From positions 1-22,768 of the forward strand of contig JAZDCY010000031.1 of NCBI GenBank assembly GCA_036679645.1: DNA of 22,768 nt, written 5' to 3'. The DNA comes from Gemmatimonadota bacterium (GTDB taxonomy: Bacteria; Gemmatimonadota; Gemmatimonadetes; Gemmatimonadales; GWC2-71-9). Positions 7,865 to 16,035 of this stretch are shown here, one piece after another. Positions within the stretch are counted from its first letter, which is position 1. Every line of letters begins with the position of its first letter. Below the pieces are notes generated by a model that was given only the letters and a program-made list of their open reading frames with translations, ran no database searches and was not told the DNA's origin. Both the position numbers and the translations under genes were made by a program.

Positions 7865-9953
7865 GTGGCCTGTCCTGCCCCCGTAGGACCCACTCTTCGA
7901 CCGCCGCGAGCAGTTCGATTGCCTTGAACGGTTTGGTCACAAACCCGTTCATGCCTGCCGCCTCACAGCGCTCCCGCTCTTCGGCCAGTGCATGCGCGGT
8001 ACAGGCGACGATGGGGAGGTGCTCGTACGCTTCCATTGCGCGGATCGCGCGCGTCGCCGCCAGCCCGTCCATCTCGGGCATTTGAATGTCCATCAGCACC
8101 ACGTCATAGCTGCGCGCTTGCACCTTCTCTACGGCCTCTCGACCGTTCACCGCCACGTCCACCTCGTGCCCACGCTTCCGCAACATCGCGGTCGCGATCT
8201 GCTGATTGACCCGGTTGTCTTCCGCAATTAGGACCACGGCGTGCGGTCGGTCGTTCTCCATGGATGCCGCAGTAATCATGCGGCGCTCCCTACCCCCACC
8301 CGGACCGCGCAACCCCAGTAGTCGTTGCAGCGCCGACAGCAACTCGGCCCGGTGTACCGGTTTGGTCAGATAACCGTTGATCCCAAGGTCTCGCGCCTTC
8401 TGTTGGCCGCCCACATCCGCGGCGGACGTGAGCATCAGCAGGTGAGTGCCGGCGAGCTGGTCGTCTGCCTGCACGTCCGCGGCCAAACCGAACCCGTCTT
8501 TTTCCGGCATGTTCCCGTCGATAATCACCGCATCGTACGGAGCGCCATTCTCGACCGCCTCTCGCATGCGGCCCACGCCGGCATCCGCGCTCTCCGCCTC
8601 GTCCGCGGCAGCGCCGACCGACTCGACGGCCTCCCGCACGATTCGCCGCGCTGTCGCGTTGTCGTCAACGACGAGGAAAAGTCGATTCTCGAGGCCGCTG
8701 ACATCCGCGGGTCGCCGGTCGGTCATCGGCGTCGCCACCGCTCCGAACGGTACCACGAACCAGAACTCGCTTCCCTGGCCGACTTCACTAGCAACCATCA
8801 ACGCACCGCCCATCAGTTCGACGATGCGCCGCGAAATCGTCAGCCCCAGCCCGGTCCCGCCGTGGGTCCGCGTAACCGACGCGTCCGCCTGCGCGAATTC
8901 CTGGAAGATCGTTTCCAGCTTGTCCTCGGGAATCCCGATACCCGTGTCGCTAACACCTAGCCGGACCGTTGCCTTGCCATTCGCCGATCCTTCCGTCGTG
9001 AGACTGACTGTTACGTCACCATCCTCGGTAAACTTGATTGCGTTGCTCAACAGGTTGGTGAGAACTTGACGCACGCGCCCGGGATCACCGCGGACCGTCG
9101 TCGGTACGTCTGCGTGAATGTCGAGATGTAACTCGATGCTCCGTTCGATCGCTCGCATTCGCAAAGCCCGCGTCGTCATGTCGACCGTGCGCGGGAGATC
9201 GAACGGGATTTGTTCGAGTTCGAATTGACCGGCCTCGATCTTGGAAACGTCCAGGATATCGCTGAGGATGGTCAACAACGCCTCACCCGAGGAGATGGCC
9301 ACATCGATGGATTCGCGCTGACCGTCGGTCAACTCCGTGTCGAGCAGCAGCTCCAGCATACCGAGCACGCCATTCATTGGCGTCCTGATTTCGTGGCTCA
9401 TACTGGCGAGGAATTGGCTCTTGGCCTGGTTGGCGGCGTTAACCTCGGCCATCGTATCTCGGAGCCGGCCCGCCTGCTCCTCGAGACGCGCCCGGTGTTT
9501 CTCTAGCTCGAGGTTCTTTCGTTGAACCTCGAGCATGAGTTCGTCGCGGCCTTTGCGCTCGACAATGGCCCGTAGCTGTGTTATCTCGACCTCCGACAAT
9601 GAATCGCGGTGGTCCAGATACTTCATGACTTGGACTTGATCGAGACCGTTGTGCCGCGGCAACGGCTGCACGACATCAAAGAACGCGTTGAGCTGGTCAC
9701 ATTGCGGCAATGAGGACGATGCCTGCAATCGCAGCACGAGGGCCAAAGCCGCCGAATCCTGCGACAGCTCAATCGATATTACAGGTGTATTTGCCTGCCG
9801 GTACATCCGCCGGCACATGTGGGATATTGCGGCCGCTAGTCGCGTTGCCGTAATCACGTCGGCTGTTAGCGCTTCGACCACGAGCAGAATCTTGCGGCGC
9901 ACCTCGTTCGCGGCAAGTTCATGAGTTACGCCGATGCTACCGAGCGGAATCAT
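7854..9953 (-). CDS. Cytoplasmic hybrid histidine kinase (RsbT-like N-domain, coiled coil, HisKA, HATPase, REC, REC)
   Basis: H box [16 protein letters not shown] box [23 protein letters not shown]; two RECs (IIDGNMP; LMDIQMP); no TM; N-terminal [14 protein letters not shown] aligns with the RsbT helix. Confidence 0.93.
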   Translation of the reverse strand: MIPLGSIGVTHELAANEVRRKILLVVEALTADVITATRLAAAISHMCRRMYRQANTPVISIELSQDSAALALVLRLQASSSLPQCDQLNAFFDVVQPLPRHNGLDQVQVMKYLDHRDSLSEVEITQLRAIVERKGRDELMLEVQRKNLELEKHRARLEEQAGRLRDTMAEVNAANQAKSQFLASMSHEIRTPMNGVLGMLELLLDTELTDGQRESIDVAISSGEALLTILSDILDVSKIEAGQFELEQIPFDLPRTVDMTTRALRMRAIERSIELHLDIHADVPTTVRGDPGRVRQVLTNLLSNAIKFTEDGDVTVSLTTEGSANGKATVRLGVSDTGIGIPEDKLETIFQEFAQADASVTRTHGGTGLGLTISRRIVELMGGALMVASEVGQGSEFWFVVPFGAVATPMTDRRPADVSGLENRLFLVVDDNATARRIVREAVESVGAAADEAESADAGVGRMREAVENGAPYDAVIIDGNMPEKDGFGLAADVQADDQLAGTHLLMLTSAADVGGQQKARDLGINGYLTKPVHRAELLSALQRLLGLRGPGGGRERRMITAASMENDRPHAVVLIAEDNRVNQQIATAMLRKRGHEVDVAVNGREAVEKVQARSYDVVLMDIQMPEMDGLAATRAIRAMEAYEHLPIVACTAHALAEERERCEAAGMNGFVTKPFKAIELLAAVEEWVLRGQDRPHDR

Positions 9954-11041
9954 CGGTGATACCTCAGGGCGACACAGGTAGCATCGTCTGACAACTTGCC
10001 GAAACGCTGCACGATGTTGTTAGCGATGGCCCTGGCACTCTCATATTGGATCTGCGGATAATCGTGAACGCCAAAGCTCGTGCGTACACCGTCGGTGTAC
10101 AGCACCAATACATCCTCAGGCGTCAACCGGATCACTTGCTCCACCGGCGAGCGGAGGACATGGCCAAGCGTGCCGTCGACTGAGCGGAGTTGTTTGTCCG
10201 TGGGGCCAAACTTGCGGGCCACGGTGTTGCCGACGCCCGCGTAGCGTACCTCGCCGCGCGCGATGTCCAGCACGGCGATTCCTGCCGCGGCTCCGCGGGT
10301 TCCGGTGAGTTCCTTGTGAAGGCGGCGCAGCATTTCCACGACGTCGCGGGTCCATGACTGGCGCAGGAAGGTCTCGGCCCGGGTCGCCACGTCGTGGGCA
10401 TCCGGCCCGTGACCCAGGACATCCACAAGCGCGACAAGCACCACGTCCGGCTTTGCGTCGACGACGGCGACGTCCCCGCTGACGAGTTCGGACACACACG
10501 GTCTGCCGGCGTGCGCCCAATCCAAAACCCGCCCCGCGCCCGCTTCTGTTCCGGGGAAGTGCCCGGTGGGGGCGTTCCCATGAGTGACGCTGCAGCGCGC
10601 GGCATGGGCCCCGCTGCTCCGAGGTGTTCGGGTGGGAGCGGTGCGCCACTTGGTCAACGTAACTCGAGTGCCCCGGCCCGGTGCTGAGCTAATCTCGAAA
10701 TCGTCGGCGAGACGCTTCACCCCAGGGAGTCCTAGCCCGAGTGTGCCACCGCTGCTGAAATGGTCCGCCGTGGCCCGCTCGACGTCGGCTATGCCGGGTC
10801 CGCGGTCTTGCACGATGATCCGGATACCGGCCCGATCGTGCTTCTGAATCGGGGCCAGCAGGACCTCGCCAGTGCCGGCGTATTTCAGTACGTTCCTCAC
10901 GAGTTCCGAAACGGCCGTCTGTACCTTGGCCTCGGCCGGTGAATCGCAACCGACGTCCTTGGTCATTCGGCCGGCTTCCAGCACGGCGCGAGTGAGGTCC
11001 GCGTCGCCGGCGATCCGTATACGAACGGTTTTTCCGCTCAT
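9950..11041 (-). CDS. RsbT-like Ser/Thr kinase fused to an RsbX/SpoIIE-type PP2C phosphatase
   Basis: Kinase: [40 protein letters not shown]. Phosphatase: SGD, VDVLGHG, TRGAA, YAGVGN, YTDG, DDAT. Start placed at ATG 11041, just after the rsbS stop; 11080/11086 are alternatives. Confidence 0.9.
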   Translation of the reverse strand: MSGKTVRIRIAGDADLTRAVLEAGRMTKDVGCDSPAEAKVQTAVSELVRNVLKYAGTGEVLLAPIQKHDRAGIRIIVQDRGPGIADVERATADHFSSGGTLGLGLPGVKRLADDFEISSAPGRGTRVTLTKWRTAPTRTPRSSGAHAARCSVTHGNAPTGHFPGTEAGAGRVLDWAHAGRPCVSELVSGDVAVVDAKPDVVLVALVDVLGHGPDAHDVATRAETFLRQSWTRDVVEMLRRLHKELTGTRGAAAGIAVLDIARGEVRYAGVGNTVARKFGPTDKQLRSVDGTLGHVLRSPVEQVIRLTPEDVLVLYTDGVRTSFGVHDYPQIQYESARAIANNIVQRFGKLSDDATCVALRYHR

Positions 11042-11051
11042 CGTTCCAGCT

Positions 11052-11492
11052 TCAAGATTCTGCGTCTTCGACTTCGGCATCGTCATCCCGGTACGTTTCC
11101 GCCACCACGGCTCTCTTCCCTTGTGCCCGCAGCGTTTCCACCAACGAAAAGCCGTCATCGAGGTCGAGCGTCGCATGGATTCCCTCGTCGTCGATCCCAA
11201 GCTCTATCAGTGCCGACACGAGGCCCGGCCGAAGCCCCACCAGGACGGACTGTGCCCCCATCACGGACGCCATGGCCAGCGTTCGTCGCAGGGCCTCGAA
11301 ATCCTCCGCGTCCATGACCTCGACGCCGGTCACGTCTACGATCACGCCGGCCGCGCCGGTACGCTGAACGTATTGGAGCAGGTCCTCCTGGAACTGGCGA
11401 AGAACATCGTCCCTAAGATCCAGTTGCACGGAGGCTACGACACAGTCGCGAGACAAGGTCAGCGGAACGCGCGGGACGTCATCACCTTCCAT
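11052..11492 (-). CDS. rsbS: RsbS-like STAS stressosome protein
   Basis: VVASVQLDL, GVIVDVTGVEVMD, MGAQSVLVGLRPGLVSALIELG, TLDLDDG; lies between rsbR-like and rsbT-like genes. Confidence 0.88.
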   Translation of the reverse strand: MEGDDVPRVPLTLSRDCVVASVQLDLRDDVLRQFQEDLLQYVQRTGAAGVIVDVTGVEVMDAEDFEALRRTLAMASVMGAQSVLVGLRPGLVSALIELGIDDEGIHATLDLDDGFSLVETLRAQGKRAVVAETYRDDDAEVEDAES

Positions 11493-12411
11493 GGCCGCCT
11501 GTTACCTCCCTAATCTCCAGGCGCAAACTACGCAGCGCGTCGCCGAGCGCGTCGCTCATCGTGGCGGTCGTGTTCACCCCGCCGATTTCGATTCCGAGTT
11601 CGACGATGGTCTGTGCGATCGCCGGCGAGACACCGGATATCGTGGATTCACAGCCCATCAGTCGCGTGGCTTTCGTGATCTTGACGAGATGGTTGGCTAC
11701 CGCGGTGTCCACGACGGCGACACCACTGATGTCCAGGATGACTATCCGAGCGTGGGTATCCAGGATTTTGGATAGGGTTGCGTTCATGATGTCCTGCGCC
11801 CGCTTGGAGTCGATGATTCCCACGAGCGGGAGCAACAGGATTCCGGTCCAGATCTCGGTGACCGGCGTCGACATTTCCATCAGCGCTTGGTTCTGCGACG
11901 CGATCATTGCCTTTTCGATCTGGGTGTATGCCTCGACTACGATGCCGATGTCGAGATGGAGCAGCCGTACGACGGACTGTTCTTCGGCAATCCGCTGCTC
12001 TTCGCTCGTGCCTAGCTCGCGCAGCATCTCACCCATGATACCGAAAAACTTCGTTGTGCCCGCAAAATAGGTGGTCAAAGCCAGACCAATCCGGGAGTGG
12101 GTCTGTCCGATGACGCGTCTGCTTTCGAGGTAGTTCTCATCCACGTTCGCCGCGAAGAACGCTCTCCAGTACTCGATCTGTAGTCGCTTGACCCGGTCCA
12201 GTACCTCGGTGTCCGAGAAGAACACGTCGAACTCCGGTTGACCTGCGAGCCACAAGCAGAACCTGTCCACCATATCGATGAGGTGAGGCTCTAGCGTCTC
12301 ACCGACGGCTCGGATACGACCAAGATCGTCTTGGGAGATCGCGTACAGCTCGAGTAGCGCGGCCGGATCGGTGATCAGGGAAGTGTGCATGGGTTCAGAG
12401 GACACCGTCAT
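11482..12411 (-). CDS. rsbR: RsbR-like stressosome sensor: sensor-globin (protoglobin) domain + STAS
   Basis: AAGGAG RBS 8 nt before ATG 12411. Globin: RVKRLQIEYW, YLESRRVIGQTHSRIGL (proximal His), LLHLD. STAS: EMSTPV, LPLVGIIDSKRA, LDISGVAVVDTAVANHL, LMG, SPAIAQTIVELG. Confidence 0.92.
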   Translation of the reverse strand: MTVSSEPMHTSLITDPAALLELYAISQDDLGRIRAVGETLEPHLIDMVDRFCLWLAGQPEFDVFFSDTEVLDRVKRLQIEYWRAFFAANVDENYLESRRVIGQTHSRIGLALTTYFAGTTKFFGIMGEMLRELGTSEEQRIAEEQSVVRLLHLDIGIVVEAYTQIEKAMIASQNQALMEMSTPVTEIWTGILLLPLVGIIDSKRAQDIMNATLSKILDTHARIVILDISGVAVVDTAVANHLVKITKATRLMGCESTISGVSPAIAQTIVELGIEIGGVNTTATMSDALGDALRSLRLEIREVTGGHGR

Positions 12412-12434
12412 TTGATGGGCTCCTTTTGCTCGCG

Positions 12435-13838
12435 TCAATCCAGCTCGAGTTCCCTGATCTTCTTTATCAGGGTCACGCGAGAGATGCCGAGATCTGCTGC
12501 TGCTCGGGTGCGGTTCCCGCCATGGCCACGCAGGACACGCCCGATATGCTGGCGGGTGGTTTCCTGGAGCGACCGGAAGCGGTGGCCGGGCAAGCGAGTA
12601 GCCCGACGTCGCAGCTCGCCCGGCAGGTGCTGGAGCCCGATGGCCGATGCAGTGCGCGCCATGATCATGCCGCGTTCGAGGACGTTTCGCATCTCCCGCA
12701 CGTTGCCGGGCCATGGATAGGCGAGGAGGCGCTCGAGGGCATTGCTGTCGAGATCGGTGGGTGCATCGGGAATCTCCGTACTCAGTTCCGCGAGCACCTG
12801 GCGTACGAGGTGAAGCCGGTCTTCCCGCGTGCGGTCCCGTACCGGCGGAAGCTCGACGATCGATACCGCGATGCGGTAGTAGAGGTCCTCGCGGAAGCGT
12901 CCTTGCTCGACCGCCAGTTGCAGATCGTGATTGGTCGCGACAATCAGCCGGACATCGGCGGCGATCTCGCGTGTGCCGCCCAAGCGCCGGAAGCGCCGCG
13001 ACTCGAGCACGGTCAGCAGCTTGGGCTGCAGCTCGACGGTGAGGTCGCCGATCTCGTCGAGGAAGGCGGTACCGCCGTGGGCGACCTCCAGCAAGCCGAG
13101 CTTTCGGTCCCTGGCGTCCGTAAACGCCCCGCGCTCGTGTCCAAACAGCTCGTCCGCGAGGAACGGAGCCGTGAGCCCGGCACAGTTGATCTCCACGAAG
13201 GGCCCGTCGGCTCGAGGGGAGGCTGCGTGAATGCGTTGGGCCACGCGGCCCTTACCGGTGCCACTCTCCCCGGTGAGGAGTACCGTCGTGCGCGGGCTCC
13301 CGGCGATGGTTTCGAGTTCGCGCTCTTTGGCCTGCATGGCGGGGGACACGCCCAGCGTTCCCGTGAGCGTCGATTCCTTGTACGCACGCCCGCGCAGGCG
13401 CCGAACTTCGCGTCGCAAGCGGGCCTTCTCACAAGCCCGCGCCACCGCGACCGCGAGGTGCGGCAGCTCGACGGGTTTCGTGAGGAAGTTCTCAGCGCCG
13501 CGCTGCATGGCGGACACCGCGGTCGGAACGTCCGCCCGGCCGGTCAAGAGCACGACCACCGCACCGTCTTGCCGCAGATCCTCGAGCACGTCGAGTCCCG
13601 AACGATCTGGCAAGCCGATATCGAGCACGACGACATCCGGCCGCTCGCGTCGGTACGCCGCGACGCCGCCGTCACCTGTCGGCTCGGCCAGCACCTCGTA
13701 GCCCATTCCGTCGAGAGCCCGGGCGAGGGTCTCCCGAATCTCCGGGTCGTCGTCAACGATCAGGACCGTCTCCGATCGCGTACCCGAGACGACCTGCCGC
13801 TCGCGTGCCGCCGCCGTTCTGCCCGCCCCCATGCCCAC
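12435..13838 (-). CDS. NtrC/AtoC-family sigma54 enhancer-binding response regulator (REC-AAA+-Fis HTH)
   Basis: IVDDD/VLDIGLP REC; GESGTGK; ELFGHERGAFTDA; FLDEIGD; FREDLYYR; WPGNVRE; GNRTRAAADLGISRVTL. Exact start uncertain (13838 or 13832). Confidence 0.95.
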   Translation of the reverse strand: MGMGAGRTAAARERQVVSGTRSETVLIVDDDPEIRETLARALDGMGYEVLAEPTGDGGVAAYRRERPDVVVLDIGLPDRSGLDVLEDLRQDGAVVVLLTGRADVPTAVSAMQRGAENFLTKPVELPHLAVAVARACEKARLRREVRRLRGRAYKESTLTGTLGVSPAMQAKERELETIAGSPRTTVLLTGESGTGKGRVAQRIHAASPRADGPFVEINCAGLTAPFLADELFGHERGAFTDARDRKLGLLEVAHGGTAFLDEIGDLTVELQPKLLTVLESRRFRRLGGTREIAADVRLIVATNHDLQLAVEQGRFREDLYYRIAVSIVELPPVRDRTREDRLHLVRQVLAELSTEIPDAPTDLDSNALERLLAYPWPGNVREMRNVLERGMIMARTASAIGLQHLPGELRRRATRLPGHRFRSLQETTRQHIGRVLRGHGGNRTRAAADLGISRVTLIKKIRELELD

Positions 13839-13841
13839 GGC

Positions 13842-14399
13842 CTACTGCACTGACCCGGCGGGCTCGAGCGGGACCGGGATTGGGCGTTCGGGTCGGTCGT
13901 AATCTCTCCCGCCCCCGACTACGCTCCCGAGCCCAATCGCACCGGCGACGAGCACGACGATGACCGCGACGCGAGCCAACCGCCGCTTCAGCCCCGGTCG
14001 CAGGCGCGCCCGTAGTTCCCGGTTATGGCGTCGCAGCTCGGCCTTCTCGGCCGCCTTCTCGACCGCCGCCGCCAGGTGCGGCATGTCAATCGGCTTCTGT
14101 AGAAACGTTTCGGCACCCAGACGCATTGCCTCAACCGCGGTCGCGACTTCGCCCCGGCCCGTCAGCATGATCACCGTGGCGTGCTTGCGCCGCAGCGCAG
14201 CGAGCACGTCCAAACCGGACATCCCGGGCATGGAGTAGTCGACGACCGTGACATGCGGTTCGACCTGTTCGAAGAGACCCAGGCCTTCCGTGCCGGACGA
14301 CGCCGAGAACACGTCGTGGCCCAGCGCGGCGAAGTAACGGGTTACGGGCTCGAGAACATGTTCATCGTCGTCGATGAACAAGATCCGGTAGGTATTCAT
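13842..14399 (-). CDS. Receiver domain + coiled coil + C-terminal transmembrane anchor
   Basis: GGGAGG RBS and ATGA overlap at 14399; REC FIDDD/VVDYSMP/MLTG/QKP; then KRRLAR-VAVIVVLVAGAIGLGSVV TM and a Pro-rich tail. Confidence 0.85.
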   Translation of the reverse strand: MNTYRILFIDDDEHVLEPVTRYFAALGHDVFSASSGTEGLGLFEQVEPHVTVVDYSMPGMSGLDVLAALRRKHATVIMLTGRGEVATAVEAMRLGAETFLQKPIDMPHLAAAVEKAAEKAELRRHNRELRARLRPGLKRRLARVAVIVVLVAGAIGLGSVVGGGRDYDRPERPIPVPLEPAGSVQ

Positions 14400-15547
14400 A
14401 TGTTCCTCCCATCTTCCGCGTCTTCCGCGTGGATCCAACCTGCTGTTTCGTCCGTACCGACGAAGACGAGGACTTGTCGACGCCCCACCACCGCATCGAA
14501 AGCGTCCATCAGGTGGGGATCGATCACGGTTCCGGCCAACTCACGCATCCGGTCCGCAGCCGCTTCGGGCGTCAGCGTGTCTTGATACGGGCGGGCCGAT
14601 GTGAGCGCTTCGTAGATTTCAGCCATACAAATGATCCTGCTCCCGATTGGTATTTCCTCGCCGGCCAGACCGTCCGGATACCCACGTCCATCCCAGCGTT
14701 CGTGGTGGCTGCGCACGTACGACGCGACCTCGGCCAATGGCTTCACCGGAGCCAGGATCTGCGCACCGACGAGCGTGTGTTGCTGCACGTGCGCATACTC
14801 GTCGTCGGTCAGGGGTCCCCGCTTGTTCAGCACCGCATCTCGAACCCCAATCATGCCCAGGTCATGTAGCCAGCCGGCGAGCCGGATGTTCTCCACCTGG
14901 TCTTCCGGCAGCCCTGCATCGCCTGCGAGGCTGGCAGCGAAAGACGCCACGCGTGCGGAATGGCCGGCCAGGTACTCGCTCTTGGCCTCCAGCACCGTGA
15001 TCAGAGCCTTGAGCGTGGCAATAGTGAGGTCATGGGACCGCTGATGCTCCAGCCGAATCTCCACACTCTGCCGCGACACCTCGTTCTTCACCCAGACGTT
15101 GATGCCGCGGTCCTGAAGCTGCGTATCCCTGCGCCGGGAAGCACGAGTCATGGCTGACTCGAGATCGCTGAATTCGACGGGTTTAGTCAGATAGTCGAAG
15201 GCACCGCGCTGAAGGCATGTCGTAGCGCTCGTCGCGTCCGCCAGTGCGGACAGTATCACGATCCCCAGATCAGGATCGATCTCCAGTGCGGCAGGAACCG
15301 CATCGATTCCGCTCATGCCCGGGAGTCGGAGGTCCAGCAGCATGAGCGCGAACCCACCGTCACGCAGCCGCTCGAGCGCGACTTCGGCGGACCCGGCCGT
15401 GGTGACCTCGAACCCACGCTCCCGCAGGAACGCCGCCATGATCTCACGAAACCGGGCCTCATCATCTACGATCAGCACGGACGCACCCTTCGGCGCCGAC
15501 GCGCTCATGGGCGCATCAGTCTGTTGTTGGCGTGATGGACTGGTCAT
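14396..15547 (-). CDS. REC-HD-GYP protein with non-canonical catalytic motifs
   Basis: GGAGA RBS before ATG 15547; REC IVDDE/LLDLRLP/TKP; GHSARV, LHDLGM, HHERWDGRGYP, AEIYEALTSARPY. Confidence 0.9.
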   Translation of the reverse strand: MTSPSRQQQTDAPMSASAPKGASVLIVDDEARFREIMAAFLRERGFEVTTAGSAEVALERLRDGGFALMLLDLRLPGMSGIDAVPAALEIDPDLGIVILSALADATSATTCLQRGAFDYLTKPVEFSDLESAMTRASRRRDTQLQDRGINVWVKNEVSRQSVEIRLEHQRSHDLTIATLKALITVLEAKSEYLAGHSARVASFAASLAGDAGLPEDQVENIRLAGWLHDLGMIGVRDAVLNKRGPLTDDEYAHVQQHTLVGAQILAPVKPLAEVASYVRSHHERWDGRGYPDGLAGEEIPIGSRIICMAEIYEALTSARPYQDTLTPEAAADRMRELAGTVIDPHLMDAFDAVVGRRQVLVFVGTDETAGWIHAEDAEDGRNI

Positions 15548-15561
15548 CTTCGTTTCTCCGC

Positions 15562-16035
15562 TCAGGGACCCGCGGGAGAGCCGCAGGTCTTCGTTTGTGC
15601 ATTCACCATGCGTTCGCGCGCGCGATCCGCGGGATCGTTCGCTATTTCCGCGGCGTTTGGGGCCCCCGTGTGCCGCTCGATGCACTCGACGACTCTATCG
15701 GGATCCAATGGCTTTGCCATGAAGGGATAGCCCCCGATGTCCTTGCCCCTGGGGCCAACCTCCATGCGCTTCACGAGGGCGGTGAGAAACACTATCGGTG
15801 TATCCTTCACCATCTCGTCCTGACGGACTTGCGCCGCGATCTCGGGTCCGTCCACCTCCGGCAGGACGACGTCCAGCAGAATCATGTCGGGGCGGAAATC
15901 CCGGGCGGCCTGAACCGCCAGGGTGCCGTCGTTCACCGTACGGACTTCGTACTTGCCGGTGTCCTCGAGGTACAACGCGAGTGTGCGTGTCACGATGGGC
16001 TCGTCGTCAACCAGCAGAATGCGCTTCTTCCCCAT
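15562..16035 (-). CDS. Single-domain response regulator with short C-terminal tail
   Basis: GGAGGAGGAG RBS before ATG 16035 (MGKKRILLVDDE); LLDVVLP, FLTA, AKP. Confidence 0.9.
   Translation of the reverse strand: MGKKRILLVDDEPIVTRTLALYLEDTGKYEVRTVNDGTLAVQAARDFRPDMILLDVVLPEVDGPEIAAQVRQDEMVKDTPIVFLTALVKRMEVGPRGKDIGGYPFMAKPLDPDRVVECIERHTGAPNAAEIANDPADRARERMVNAQTKTCGSPAGP

Noticed and set aside
12412..12714. N-terminal extension of the RsbR ORF (likewise 11042-11200, 15548-15685 and 16036-16314 for other genes)
   Set aside because: These overlap upstream genes in another frame and are low-complexity; internal starts fit the RBS positions or domain boundaries better.
13110..13135. GAFTDA instead of GAFTGA as evidence of a sigma54-independent activator
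   Set aside because: The key Phe-Thr residues are intact and GAFTDA is a common natural variant.
12426..13853. 475-aa plus-strand ORF
   Set aside because: Exact antisense shadow of the sigma54 activator gene; no motifs; expected in GC-rich DNA.
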